NCBI GenBank assembly: GCA_010909165.1
Contig: VJWM01000068.1
Location: 186,001 to 250,000, forward strand
Reading direction: 5' to 3'
DNA length: 64,000 nt
DNA from: Anthoceros angustus
Lineage: Eukaryota; Plantae; Anthocerotophyta
Positions 1 to 14,661 of this stretch are shown in pieces (position 1 is the first letter of the stretch; the number at the start of each line of letters is the position of its first letter). The position numbers were made by a program, and so were the translations under genes. The notes under the pieces were generated by a model, which was given only the letters and a program-made list of their open reading frames with translations, did no database searches and had not been told where the DNA came from.

Positions 1-36
1 TGACTGAACCCTTGTGACTGACATTCTCCAATGTAG

Positions 37-3000
37 GCGAGAGATAGTGCCAGAAAGATTGTTGCTACTTACAGGCTCTGCAGTGAGCAGCTATCAAGTC
101 AGGAGCATTATGACTATGGTATGAGAGCCGTGATGGCTGTCCTTCGAGCTGCCTCCAATTTGAAGCAACGATACCCTGACGAGGATGAGTATGTCCTCAT
201 GCTGCGATCCATCATCGACGTGAATCTCTGCAAATTTTTGTCACAAGACGTCCCCCTGTTCAACGGTATTGTCTCGGATCTATTCCCTGGAGTCATCCTT
301 CCTGAGCCGGATTACACCCTCCTGGACAAAGGTCTGAGAGACAACTGCCAGAAGAGAAACTTGCAACCTACCAAGTACTTCATGACCAAATGCATTCAGC
401 TGTATGAGATGATCATAGTGCGTCATGGGCTCATGCTCGTGGGTCTCCCATTCTCTGGGAAGACTTGCGCCATCAGAGTTCTACAAGGAGCCTTGACAGA
501 CTTATCTGTGCTTGGCAATAACAACGAAAGACGAGTGCAGGTAAAATACGACCTCCAGTTCCTCGTACGGCTACTGTCTGAATATCCAGACGTCGGGTGG
601 CGTGACAAATCTTTGATTGCAGGTTGCCACTGTCAATCCCAAGTCTGTGACTATGGGGCAACTGTACGGAGCAAATGATCCCATGACCATGGAATGGCTT
701 GATGGAGTCCTTGCTATCCAGTTCCGGAATCTTGCAGCTGATCCTTCCAAAGACAGGAAGTGGCTTGTACTTGATGGCCCAGTTGATGCCATTTGGATTG
801 AGAACATGAACACAGTGCTGGACGACAACAAGAAGCTGTGTCTGCCCAACAGTGAAATCATCCAGATGTCCCCTTCCATGAACATGATTTTCGAGGTGAG
901 TAGCCAGGCAGCTTTGTTTGGGCTCTGGATCAATGTCATTGCAACAAATAGAGAGCCTAAAGTCGAAGTGTGCAGGTGGGAGATCTGGCAGTTGCATCTC
1001 CAGCCACAGTCAGTAGGTGCGGAATGGTGTATCTGGAGCCACATCAGCTGGGATGGCATCCACTAATGCTTTCCTGGATGGTCACCTTGCCCAAGGCTCT
1101 ACCTGACGCGAACAAGAAGCATCTGCAAGGTCTATTCGACTGGCTGGTGCCAGCGTGCCTGAAGTTCAAGAACAGGCAGATCAAGGACATTAATCCCAAC
1201 TCAGACACTCAGCTGGTGAACACGCTCATGCGCACCTTCTACAGCCTGATACAGGAGCTGAAGACAGAGGAAGGCGTGAAGGTGCTGGGGAAGGAGAAAC
1301 TGGCCACCTGGATCGATTCCATCTTTATCTTCTGCATGGTGTGGTCCATTGGGGCGACGGGAGAGAACGACGGCAGGGTCCTGTTCGACAAATTTCTGAG
1401 AGTCCTGGTGACTGGAACGGTTCCTCCAGGCTACGAGCTCTGGGTGCCGGAGAAGCACGAGACACTCCTCTGCCAGATGCCTTCGGACGAGAATGGGGCG
1501 ATTCTGCACGACTACATGTTTGACAAGAATGTGGGTAATTGGCGGTCATGGTCGGACACCATTGTACCGGTGGAAATCCCGGAGGAAGCCAACTTCAGCG
1601 AGATCATCATCCCCACCAAGGACCAGATGCGCTACACCTTCCTCCTGGACAAGGCCATCCAGTATGGGAGCCCGATGCTCATGGTGGGGTCCACAGGGAC
1701 GGGCAAGTCCATCTACGTTAACCGCCACCTGCTTCAAGGCCTGTCCCGGGAGAAATTCAGCAGTGTCTTGGTGTGCTTCTCGGCCAGGACATCGGCTAAC
1801 ATGACCCAGAACCAGATTGACATGTCCCTTAACAGACGCAAGCGGGGCTACTACGGTCCCCCAGTGGGCAAGAAGTGTGTGATATTCATTGATGATCTCA
1901 ACATGCCTCAGGTGACGTGCACTATCCGTGAGCTGCACACTCAAGCTGCTCCGAACTCTCCTTTGATGGATGTTGCTTGTGTTGTTTGCAGCCAGAGGTG
2001 TATGGAGCACAACCACCCATAGAGCTTCTCAGGCAGTACATGGACCATGGAGGATGGTATGGCAGGGACAATGCCTTCCGCAACCTGCTGGATGTGCAGT
2101 TTCTTGGTGCCATGGGTCCTCCTGGCGGAGGCAGGAGCATGGTGACCTCACGATACATTCGCCATTTCAACTCTGTTGCCATGTCTCTGGTACTGGCTCA
2201 TCACAGCTCAGGCACTTGGTTGCATGTCTTTGTTCTGTCTGTTCTGAGCTTTTCTCTGCCCTGTGTGCCAGGTCGCTGAAGATTCGTTACAGCTCATTTT
2301 CGCGACTATTCTGAATTGGCACCTCAACATCCGGTCTCAGTTTCCTTATGATGTTGGCCATTTGGCAAAGACCATAATATCTTCGACTATGAAGGTGTAC
2401 AACGAAGCTCGCACAAGACTCTTACCAACTCCAACAAAGTCGCATTACACCTTCAATCTCCGTGACTATGCAAGGGTTATACAGGTGTGATCTCAGCTGA
2501 CTTGGTAGCCTCTTTCACATGCCTGGCGTACAGGCTGTGGAAATCTGTGCACAACATGCTGATAATTGGATTCTGTCATTGGTGCAGGGCATAATGCTGC
2601 AGGAAACTTCAACTGTACGACCTGGCAAGGAAGGTGGCAAGCAGCACATACGGCTGTGGGTGCATGAATGCATGAGGGTGTTCTATGACCGCCTTGTGGA
2701 CGACCCAGATAGGGAATGGCTGATCCGCTACCTTAGAGAGCTCACCAAATCGGATTTTGAGGAAGACTTTGACAAGCTGTTCGGTCGCTTGAGATCCGCT
2801 CCTGATGTACCTCTCGGTCAGAATGAGATGAGAAGGTACTTTGCAAACTGTTGGCATATCATGTTTGCATCAAGTGTTCGCATTGGTCAGCAGAACATGC
2901 ATTCTGAACAGCCAGGCAGCTACAGTATATACAAATGAATGGAACTTAATACGCAGGTGCATGTTTGGAGATTTTTCAATAGAGGATCCCGATAATCGTG

Positions 3001-6000
3001 TTTATGATGAGATTATTGAGATACCTCCAGTGATAGCCATTGTTGAGAACTATCTCAAGGATTTCAATGGAGTTAGCAAAAGACCCATGAATCTTGCTAT
3101 CTTTTTGTTTGCTGTTGAGCATATTTCTCGTATTTGCCGTATTTTGAAACAACCAGGGGGAAACATGTTGTTGGTTGGAGTTGGTGGAAGTGGGAGGCAA
3201 AGTTTGACACGCCTAGCAGCCTCCATCTATGGAATGGACGTTTACCAGGTTAGGTTTGACCCCATGACGATCCAGCAAGCTGCTTGGCTGTTGTGTCCCC
3301 ATGTGCTGCTCATTGCAAAGCATCAAAGCGAACTTTTGTCTGGGTACAGTAAGTAGACGATTGGTCTAGCCATTGTAAGGTGATCAAAGACCGTACATCA
3401 TCAGTCACTCATGTCTATGGCAGGTGGAAATCAGCAAAAGCTACACCAAGGTGGAGTGGAGAGAAGATCTTAAGCTAATGCTTAAGAAGTGTGGAGCTGA
3501 TCCAGGACGTCCAGGTGTGTTCCTGTTTAGTGACACACAGATCACTGATGAAGGATTTGTTGAGGACATAAACAACTTGCTGAATGCTGGGGAGGTAACA
3601 ATACTTGGACCTGGGACCTTGTTTCCGCCCTGACACTCCATTGTCTGAATTGAATCATATCATAGGCAACAGTAAGCACCTGATCTTCTCCTGTGGCAGG
3701 TTCCCAACATGTACCCCAGTGATGAGAAAGCTCAGGTTACTGAGCTTGCAAGAGAGGCAGCTAAAAAGCAGGGGAAAGTGATGGAAACATTACCAGAAAT
3801 TTGGAGATTCTTTGTTGACCAGTGTCGTATGAAATGCCATGTCATATTTTGTATGAGTCCTGCGGGGCAAGCCTTTAGAAATAGATTAAGGCAGTTTCCC
3901 TCGCTAGTCAACTGCTGCACAATCGACTGGTTCCAGGTGTGGTACCTAGAATCTTGGCTCACATCATGTTGTATCTGCCGATGGTAACACAATAGTTTAT
4001 TCGAAAGGTGTGTATTGGTGCCAACAGGACTGGCCAGAAGATGCTCTTGAGGCTGTTGCGTTAAAGTTCCTGCGGACCATGCAGATGGAAGATTCAATCC
4101 GGACCAGCATTGTGAAAATATGCAAGGTAACAAGTTGTGGAGATGCACTTTAGTACAGCTTCATGCAGGTTTTGCCTAAAACAAGGTCGCTTCGAATAGC
4201 TATTTTTTTTTCTGTTTCTTACACTGTGATGTCACCTTTGCAGTCCGAGTCTCTTTGGGTCACAGAACAATATGTGCTGTTTGCTTTTCTCTCCCAGGCT
4301 TTCCATGAGAATGTGCGTGTCTATTCCTTGCAATTCAAAGAGAAGCTAGGGCGGTACAACTACTTGACTCCTACTTCGTACCTAGAACTCATCACATCCT
4401 TTCAGGTAGACAGTCTAAACTGTCCTTGTTGTATCCTCTGTAACTCATGCAGCATGCAGCCCACATACTAAAGTTTCAGTTATAATGATTAATGTTGGAG
4501 AAATCTGGCAGACTCTTCTCAATACAAAACAGGATGAGAACATCCGGCAAAGGAGAAGGTACGAGGTTGGTCTTGACAAGCTGGCGTCTAGTGCTGTACA
4601 AGTTGCTGTAATGCAGGAAGAGCTGACAGAGCTGAAGCCTAAGCTGATAGTGACGGTATGTTCTCCTAACAAGTCCTCCTATTGAACACGTGGCTTTTGG
4701 AGATCCTCATTTGGCCAGATGCACTTCGATGTGAGTAGTGTGCAAAGGGGCCTCAAATGTCTGCTTGGCAGGTAGAAGAAGTGGAAAAGCTTATGGCGAT
4801 AGTGGAGAAGGAAAAAAAGGAAGTAGTTGAGCCCAAGAAACAAGTTGTCCAACATGATGAGGCAGAGGCAAATAAGCAAGCAGCAGAAGCTAAGAGCATA
4901 AAGGATGAGTGCGAGGCAGCTCTGGCTGTTGCAATGCCAGCACTAAATGAGGCATTGTCAGCACTCGACACTCTCTCAGCCAATGACATCAACTATGTCA
5001 AGAAGCTAACCAATCCTCCAGCTGCTATCAAACTGGTTCTGGAGGCTGTGTGTGTAATTCTTGATGTAAAGCCTGTTAAGATGCCCGACGGCAAAGGTGG
5101 GCATATTATGGATTATTGGAAGCCATCTGTGACCCTCCTCAACAACAAAGACTTCTTGCAAAACTTGAAGGAGTATGACAAGGATAATATTGAAGCAAAG
5201 ATCATTGCGAAAGTTCGTGCTAATTACACTACAAATCCAGATTTCACGCCAGAGAAGGCTGCTCATGCATCTGTAGCGGCTGAGGGACTTTGCAAGTGGA
5301 TATTGGCTATGGACAAGTATGATGTAGTGGCTAAAGTTGTGTCACCCAAGAAACAGAAGTTGAAAGCCGCGGAGGACAAGTATGAAGCTGTTATGGTTGG
5401 ATTACGAGCAAAGCAGAAGGAGTTGAAAGCTCTTCTGGACAAGCTTGGCGAATTGGAGGCAAACCTAGATGTCAACATGGCGAAGAAGGAGAATCTTCAG
5501 GTGCATTGCATCTTCCAAGACTCAGGTTGCTTGCAGTGATAATTGCTCTCTCAATTTTCCGCTCTTCTGCATCAGGATTTGTTGGAATTGTTGTTCTTTA
5601 CCATTGCCAAGGTGTTGGAAACTGACCTACCTTTATCTTCTCTTTGTTGGCAGCATGAAGTCAAAATGTGCACAGTGAAGCTTGAAAGAGCAGAACAGCT
5701 TATTGGAGGTCTTGGAGGGGAGCGCGTGCGTTGGATAAATGCAGCAAAGGAATTGGAAGGCAAATATGGTGATCTTACAGGGGATGCCCTTATTGCAGCT
5801 GGTGTAATAGCTTATCTTGGTGCTTTTACTGCCGGGTAAGTCAAGCTGAATCAAACCTGTTGGATAAGTAAATTAAGAGGGCTTCAATAGCTCTCAAGTG
5901 CAAAGTCAGAAGGCATTAAAATCACATCTGCTTTCTGGTTTTGAAATATGAAGCTTTTTCTGATTCAGCTATCGCCAAGAGATTATAGAGGGTTGGGTGA

Positions 6001-9000
6001 AGCTGTGCAGCGAGGAAAAAATTCCGCGCTCTTCTCACTTCTCATTGAAAGGCATTCTGGGAAATCCAGTTCACATCCGTGAGTGGATGATTGCTGGGCT
6101 TCCTAACGATGCTGTGTCTATAGACAACGGTATTATTGTAGCCAATGCGCGAAGGTGGCCTCTTATGATAGACCCACAGGTTAAATTATACTTTTGCTTG
6201 TAACTGCTTGGTTTAACCACTTACTGGCTGTTTATTGAGGCTCTGGTTGAACTTGAGTAGGGTCAAGCAAACAAATGGATCCGGAATATGGAGCGGGAGA
6301 GGAATCTGCAGATTATCAAACTTGGAACTGAGTATGGTCGTGTTCTGGAGAATGCAATACAATTTGGTTTACCAGTGCTCCTCGAGAACATTGGGGAGGA
6401 GATTGATCCGGCTTTGGAGCCACTCCTACTGAAGCAGGTATGCCTAGAGAGTGGTTGACAGGAAAGTTGGTGTTGCAGAACAAAGTAAATGCATTGATCA
6501 AGGTTCTCATTCTCTGTCCTGTCTTTGCAGATCTTCAAGACTGGGGGAGTGATGTGTATCAAACTTGGTGATGCAGTCATAGAATACAACAACGATTTTC
6601 GCTTTTACATAACCACAAAGCTTCGGAACCCACACTATCTTCCAGAAATTGCTGTTAAGGTTACTCTCCTTAATTTCATGATTACAAAGGAGGGTTTGTC
6701 GGACCAGCTACTTGGTGTGGTTGTGGCCCGTGAAAGGCCGGACCTGGAGACGCAAAAGAGTGAGCTCGTCGTCCAGGTGAGCAATGGCCATTTATGATGG
6801 GAACATTTGAATTGTGACGCCTAGGATTCTGATTGAACATTGAAGACCGTTCCCAGATCCTGAGCCATTTGTTGCCTTTCAGAGTGCTGAGAACAAGCGA
6901 AGGTTGAAGGAATTAGAAGATCAGATTTTGGAAGTTCTTTCCAGCAGTGAGGGCAATATCCTTGAGGATGAGACTGCAATCAAGATCATATCAGAATCCA
7001 AAGTGGTTGGAAACGATATTACTGTGAAGCAAGTAAGATGCTCATGTGATCACAAGTATTAAGGGTTCAGGCTTGGAGCTCGAGTTTCGAGCCTTTGGAG
7101 GAAATTGGTAAATGTGCTTTACTTGACAGGGACTTGCAGAGGTCACGGAGAAGAAAATTGATGAAGCTCGCAAAGGATATGCCACATGTGGGGAATACGC
7201 TGCTGTCTTGTTCTTTTGCATCACCGACCTGGCCAATATTGACCCAATGTATCAGTACAGTTTACCATGGTTTGTGGGCCTTTTCGTCACTTCAATAACG
7301 ACAAGTAAAAAGTCAACCGACCTGGTTCTACGCCTGACCATCATTCAAGACCATTTTCTGCTTGCGTTGTACAATAATGTTTGTCGCTCCCTCTTTGAGA
7401 AAGACAAGCTTTTGTTATCATGTCTTCTGGCGGCTCGCCTCCTCCAGATGAGGGGGGAGATATCAGTGCCAGAGTGGATGTTCTTTTTGACAGGGGGGGT
7501 AGGAGCATCTGCTCTTCCAAATCCTGCTCCAGAATGGATATCTGAGAAAGCTTGGGCAGAGCTGAATCGTCTGGGTAAAATGCCAGTGTTTGCCAAGCTG
7601 ATTCCTCATATGACCTCGCATCTGCGAGAGTGGAAAGTCATTTTTGACTCCCTAGAACCCCACAAGGAGACAGTGCCTGGTGACTTGAAGCTGAATCCTT
7701 TCCAAAGATTAATGCTCATGCGGTGTACAAGGCCAGATAAAGTCATTCCCTCCATCCAAGATTTTGTCGTTGAGAAGCTGGGTTCAGAGTTTGTCCAGCC
7801 TCCTGTGTTCAACCTGGACACGACTTACAAGGATTCAAGTGCAGCCATGCCTCTTATATTTGTCCTGACACCCGGAAGTGATCCTACAGCATCTCTTCTG
7901 AAATTTGCAGGTACAATGTTTTGGTTTTCTGCCATCCTCTGCCTCATGACCTCGCTGGCTATTGAAACCCTTTCCTGCCGGGATGCTGACCATCTGTATG
8001 TAATATGCAGCTGATAAGGAGATGTCTGAAAAGATTGCTGTAATATCGTTAGGACAAGGGCAAGGCCCAAAGGCAAGCATTATGATCAATGACGGCCAAG
8101 TGGCAGGTATGGACATATATCATGCCTCCATCCGTACGAAGATCGCCTGGCATTGTGATTGCATATATTAGACTTTTCTTCCAGTGATTATCACTCATCT
8201 GGCTTTAGACGTGAAACAGGTTCATGGGTTCTACTTCAAAATTGCCATCTTGCTCCTTCATGGATGCCAACATTGGATAGGATTTGTGAGGGTATTACGA
8301 ATGAAAATACACATCAGGATTTCCGACTGTGGCTAACCTCATATCCTAGCCCTCAATTTCCCATCACTATTTTGCAGGTTCCTTTTGCAATAATTGACCA
8401 TCATTTTGTCATTTCAAGCAGCAATTGCCTTCAAAATGCACTGTGCTTTACTTTGGGCTTCTGGGCTTCTCTGTGGCAGAATGGTCTGAAGATGACGTTT
8501 GAGCCCCCCAAGGGCGTTCGAGCTAACATGAGGCGATCTTTTACGCTTGACCCCATCTCTAATGAGGAGTTCTTTGAAAGCTGCAGTAAACCAAAGGTTT
8601 TCAAAAGTCTTCTATTTGGTCTTTGTTACTTCCATGCTGTCATACAAGAGAGGCGAACTTTCGGCCCTCTTGGTTGGAACATACCGTATGGATTTGATGA
8701 TGGAGACCTGAGAATAAGGTAAGGCATTTGTGATTTTGAGGGATCGTGCAGCTGTGTGAACGTGAATGTTACTCCTCTAATAGTGATGTCATCCGTAATC
8801 CCTTTTCAGCTTTCTTCCTTTGTTTTGTAATTCTGCGCAGCGTTCGGCAACTGCACATGTTAGTCAATGAGGCTGGTGAGGTTCTTCCTCTCGAAGCCTT
8901 GAATTATGTGACTGGAGAGTGCAATTACGGAGGTCGTGTTACTGGTAATTACTCAGTCACTTGTGCTACTGTCGCATTTGCTTTGCGCTGTTCAATACTA

Positions 9001-10532
9001 AAGCATTGGGATTTTCATTTTCAGACGATAAAGACAGACTTCTTCTCAATACCATGTTAAGATCAGTTTACAACTTGGGCATGATACAAGAAGGGTACAA
9101 GCTTTCTGAATCTGGCATCTACACTACTCCTCCAGTGGGAAATCTGGAGCTCTGGAACAAGATCATTGATGATTATCCTGTGATTCCAGCACCAGAAGCT
9201 TTTGGCTTGCACTCCAATGCAGATATCACGAAAAACATGAATGGCACAAATCTTATGTTGAACTCCATGCTATTAACGTCAGCAGACATGGTTGGTGGCG
9301 GAGGTGGGGCATCAAGTAGTGCAGATGCAGGGGTGGGGAGTGTTGTGAAGGAGATACTTGCCACTCTGCCGGCAAACTTTGATATTGAAGCATCTGAGCT
9401 GAAGTACCCTGTGATGTACGAGGAAAGTATGAATACGGTGCTTAGTCAGGAGATGACTCGCTTCAACAGGCTGCTTGAAAGGCAAGCACTTGAATAGCTC
9501 ACACAGTCTACACTTGTTGTCGTGGAACAAAGTCCTTGTTCCCTATCCAGCCGAATATGAACATTTCAAAGCTCAGACGGTTCCTTCCCAATTTTTATTG
9601 CAGGATACGGTCATCTTGTGTCAGCATGGAGAAGGCAATAGCTGGTGTCGTTGTGATGTCTGCTGACCTGGAGACAGCGTACAGGAGCATTGCAGTCAAT
9701 CAGGTACGTCTTCAGGAGACTTCTCCTTGGGTATCTGAAGTGGCGGCTTCTCTGTCTGGCATCACCATTTGGATGAAGTTGTGAGTCACCAAATGCTGCC
9801 TTTCACCACGACAATGTTCAAACAGCCCTGATGTGGTGTCACGCTTGACTGTGTCATTATCAGGTGCCAGCAATGTGGACGAAAGTGTCGTATCCATCCT
9901 TGAAACCACTTGCCTCGTACATGAAAGACCTCATGGACCGTTTGAAGATGTTACAGACATGGTTTGAAAAAGGAGTGCCTGCAGTGCACTGGGTCAGTGG
10001 GTTCTTCTTTGCGCAGTCCTTCATGACTGCAGCGCTTCAAAATTTTGCACGGAGGTATCTATTCTCTACATTGAAAACCTTGTTCGCTACAACTCAACTC
10101 CCTCTCGAGATGGAAACTGTAATCAGTTGTTGCTTCTTCTGCAGGAAGCGGCTGGCTATTGACACTCTTGCTTTCAACTTCTACATGCTGGATACGGAGC
10201 CTAAAGAATTACCCGAAACAGGAGTTTACATCAGAGGACTCTTTCTGGAAGGTTGTGCATGGGATCATGTCAACAAATGCCTATGCGAGTCCAAGCCGAA
10301 GGTGCTGTATGTTCCAGCTCCCATGATGTGGCTCAAGCCGGTTCTTATTACGGAGCTGAATCTGGCGGACTGCTACAACTGCCCAGTGTACAGAACAGCA
10401 GAAAGGAGAGGAGTTCTGGCCACAACCGGCCACTCCACAAACTTTCTGATGTACGTAAGGATGCCCTCCAAACATCCACCAAGTCACTGGATCAAGCGTG
10501 GAGTGGCAATGCTTTGCAGTTTAAGTGACTAG
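37..10532 (+). CDS. Axonemal inner-arm (single-headed, DNAH3/7/12-like) dynein heavy chain, 5'-truncated by the window edge; about 27 exons visible
   Basis: Spliced ORFs give the end of AAA1 ([26 protein letters not shown], exon from 37), P-loops GLPFSGKT (AAA2), GSTGTGKS (AAA3) and GVGGSGRQS (AAA4), stalk/MTBD ([19 protein letters not shown]), AAA5 ([10 protein letters not shown]), AAA6 ([16 protein letters not shown]) and the C-terminus [22 protein letters not shown]. Stop TAG at 10530-10532. Short GT-AG introns, e.g. 541-622, 896-975, 1912-1991. Small exon 4028-4126 ([15 protein letters not shown]...) is absent from the ORF track. Confidence 0.97.
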
Positions 10533-11149
10533 CGTGTATAGTACAGATAGCAGAAAAAACCCAAAACTCCAGCTCTGCCGTTCCTTCAGCACACACTGCA
10601 TTGCTGACGGCTGAATGTGCATAGTAGCAGGCGTTCAAATATGTTGCCGGCCATGTCTGAGCTTTGACGACCATACATACTTAGGACAAGGTGTCCGGGG
10701 TTCAACAACCCATGCAATCTAGGACAACCCATGCAAACTGGACCCAAGCAAAGCCCATGAGCTAATGTGTCTGCAAGTCCCATGCGTGTAAATATTCGTC
10801 TCTTGACGTGTCGCGGGAAAGTCTGAAATTCCGATTTCTTATTGGCAAATCGTGTCCACTGTGACACTGGATTAAGCTCGTCCCACCGTCTCCTGCACGC
10901 TCGGTCAAATTCACCTGCGATGATGAGCGTAGGCGGCTCTCCGGATGCGCCGGCGACGTCTTAAGCTGCATTTCTGCGCCGCACTTTGGAGCGACCAGAA
11001 GAATGTGTCGGAAGATGAGGTCTCGTGGCTGCTTCCGCGGACGTCCTCTGCTTCAATGGAGAGTCTCCAGTAGCTGAGGAGTTCATACCTTGGACTTGGC
11101 TGCTACCAGAAGCGCCTACTGAAGGCAGTGAGACGTAAGGGGGGCCGAG

Positions 11150-13566
11150 ATGCTGCCCACGGTGGCGCGGGGCCGGCCCGCTGGCTACAGGGGCAATTCC
11201 TTCCTGCCCCAGTACCTGAGGAGAATTATCAAGGTATTATGACTGCTCTTGTCTCTTCCCCCTGTAGGAACTTGGTGCGATTGCTGTTAGGTTGAGCAAA
11301 ATCTTGGAGGCTTGGAATTCGTGGTTTTGGCAGCTGGGAGCAATTCGGCCCCAGTCACTGAGAACCAGAAAATCAGTGAGCCACTTCGTTCAGGAAGTGG
11401 GGTATTTACTTCAGGCACAGCTTTTAGTATGTAGATTCCTGGGGATCAGATGCAGTGCAGTGGAGTTTCATCGGAATTGTTGGTGAACTGCAATAGGTTT
11501 TGTCCACCTCCCGTGTTATTAATTCGAGTGGATAGGTGTCACAAAGTTGAACACAGAAGCTGCCGATACTTGCTCACCCGACCTCTCGCGCATTTCTGAA
11601 TATGTGGATGGAACATCTCATAGAAAACCCTAGAAATCTTGAAGCTCACATCACAGCTCTGGACGTGGGACAGAAGTTGTCCAACGTTACAAAGCTGCAG
11701 TTGTATGTTATTCCTCATCGTTATTGCAACTTCCTAAATTGGCAACAGTAAGTTCATTGCAAATGCAATCAAATGCAGAACCTGTCCTTCAGAAGAAGAG
11801 GAAGAGACTTCTATTCCAGCTCCCATTCTTCGGTGGGTACTGATGAAGACTTGGCCGTGAACGCAGTGGACGTCTGCTAATTTTCCTGTGCAAGCTTGGC
11901 CTTCTGGGGTCTGTGAGCCTTTATCACTGCAAATGTAGTGGGAGGGTATTGATTTCCAGGACCGGCTGTGTTGTCTCCTTACAGTGGCGCCAAATGGACA
12001 TTGAGTATACATTCTGGCAGATGCTGCACCTTTGCACGTCACCGAAAGTTGTGTGAGTGCTTCTTGCCTCCTCGTTGGGAGACATGTCCCTTAATCAGTG
12101 TACAGCACTATGCAAGGTGTTCTCTTTTATGTCTAATATGCTCCATTTGGATTTGCATGGCCAATTGAACTCGTTCCAGCTATCAGCATACCAAGTATCA
12201 CAAACGTAGGTTATCTGGTTAACTTTCTATACTCTTTTGTTTTGCATCCCTATAGCTATCTATGGGTTCTACCCGGTTGAAGGTGTTTAACGCTACCAGT
12301 AATGTTATGCAGAGACCAAGAATCAGTGGGCTCGAGATGATCCTGCCTTTGTCGTAATTAGTTGCGTGCTGTTGGCAGTAGCTGCATCAGCGTATTGTGC
12401 CGCGTAAGTCTTTGAACCATTTGTGGTAAATGGCTGCCCCAATCTGTGGACATGTCTTGCCAAGGTACTTACCTTTTGGTGTTCCTCACTCTTTCAGGTT
12501 TGCCAAAAGTATATCTGGCACTTGGTTCATTATCCTGTCTGTGGTGTGTTTTCATTTTTTGCTAGCAGGGGCATCCTTGGCTACCATCTGCTGGTACATC
12601 CTTTGTTGTCACTCATTTCAGCATCAGCTAGGAACATTCTTTTGTTGTGAGGTTGTGCGAGATTTTCCTTACACCGAGATGTGGGGTCCTCCTTGGTGGA
12701 ATGGTTTGTCCGGAATATCCTCCTCCTCACTAGTTTGCTTTGCTCTACGATGTTGTCTGCCAGGTTTCTTTCCAATCATTATCTTCGAGAAGAAGCAGTA
12801 CATACTCATGTTGTAGAACAACGGGTGGAATGGTAAGCTTTTCTTCTGTTATGCTCACTGGATGTAGTTTATGTTTGTATAGTCGCAGTTGTGCTGTGTG
12901 GAGATCGCTGCGCTGTGCTGTGTTGAGATTTTTGTGCTGTGCTGATGGTTGTTTAAAATGTGTACGCACAGGCTTTATGCGTTTGACATACACTGCAATG
13001 CCTATTTTCCCGTTTTTGTGATTCTTTATGGTAACTTTCTGATCTTCGGCTTGAAGTGCTCTAGAGTTACCAACTGGTCCGCCTTCACTCTTGCATCACT
13101 TGCAACCTGATAAGTCCATATTCTTTTGCAGTTGTCCAATACTTCCTATCCCCCGTACTTCTATCCAGCGCATTTGGTTCTGTTTTGCTGTCCAACCTAC
13201 TCTATCTGACAGCTCTTTCCTATTATCACTATCTGAACTTTCTTGGATACGACGGTAATACATCCTATCGCTACTTGTCCAGCCATTGCCTTGGCAAATC
13301 TGCCTTTTGATTGAAGATATCATGATGTCGAACTCTATGTGCAGTGCTTCCATTTCTGGAACGAACCACGTTTTTCGTATATCCAATTGGGGTTCTTCTT
13401 CTACTATTCCCATTATGTAAGTCCTAAGTATTCCCATAAGGTAGACACTCCCTGTCGGATGCGAGTTGACCGTTCCTCACATGGACGTTGTGCTTGTGAT
13501 GTGAAAGCAGCGGTTCTGACAGGGTTCAATCCAACTCGATTTGCTCTTAGCTTTTATTTCAGTTGA
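11150..13566 (+). CDS. UNC50: UNC-50 family Golgi membrane protein (GMH1/UNC50), 10 coding exons
   Basis: Manual splicing gives MLPTVARGRPAGYRGNSFLPQYLRRIIK (11150-11233) | WRQMDIEYTFWQMLHLCTSPKVV (from 11985) | YQHTKYHK | QTKNQWARDDPAF | ...HFLLAGASLATICW | FLSNHYLREEAVHTHVVEQRVEW | LYAFDIHCNAYFP | ...YYHYLNFLGYD | VLPFLERTTFFVYPIG | GFNPTRFALSFYFS*. These are diagnostic UNC-50 motifs with GT-AG boundaries. Confidence 0.96.
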
Positions 13567-14661
13567 GACACTCTGTAATAGCCGGTGTAGTCAAGGAATA
13601 ATCAGGTACCCCTTCAGAAACCCTGCCACTGTTCGTAATAGATAACAGACATACTGCTTCTACCGCTGTACTTGTCCCTTCTCTGAAGGGGTTTGCTGGC
13701 TTCAAGTTATCTGGATGTTTCCTGCATGTCCTCACAGGTTGGTCGAGCATTAATTAGGCCAGTAGGTGAAGGCGGTGATCATTAGTGTTTAGCGGGATCT
13801 TGTGTTCCTCCAAATGGGATACAACCCCACCCTGTATGGAGTAGGGATCTTTTCAATGGAGCAGTGGCAACAATACAGTGCAGTAATGCAGACGATCCTG
13901 CCACTCGTTCTTCTGTGAGTGTATTTTGAGACTGGCGAGCATCCCTCTGTGGCAGCCAGTCTGATTCACGAGTATGTGCAAATGTGGAAGTATGGTGAAT
14001 GCGCAATGCGTGTTTTACAAGCCCATTGCCTCAGCCTGGTCGTTTGCTCCCGACTCGGTGATGTAAACAAGGGGAGTGCAATTCTTGGGGGAAGCTCGGC
14101 AAAACGACGTCTTCTTCTGTTTTACTACTGTGAGGCATGACGCCCGTTGCGCTATTCTAACAAGTTAACGACAAAGCCTTCTTGTCGCTGGGCGTTTGTC
14201 TCTGCAGAGATGAGGAGAAAAGAGGCTCTTGTGCGAAGCAGATCCATAATCTAGCTGCCGTTCAGGAGCTCCCACATTAGTCATGAAGGTTTCGCATATT
14301 CTAGCTATCACAAGCTCACATCAAGTTGTCGCTGGTAGAGGCACACATCAGGCTGGATGGACAGAGGTATTTCCAAAACATTTTGCATTTTCAGCAATCG
14401 CTGGCAGGTATAGCACGTTTCGTCAAGCTACGTCTAGCTAGCAGGTGTCTGAAAACCGTTTCTGGCTAGAGGCTGTACAGCTCTTCGCCTCTATTCCACA
14501 CTTCACACGCTATCTATCCTATGGGCAACGTATTTAGTCTCCTCCCCTCGATGAACTCCAGAAGCAAGCGCTCATCCGTCTCGTGTTCGTTGTCGTCGAA
14601 TGATTCACCTCTCTCAAATTCTCATGTTGCATGCGTTTTGTGGGGCTCGTCACATGACTGA

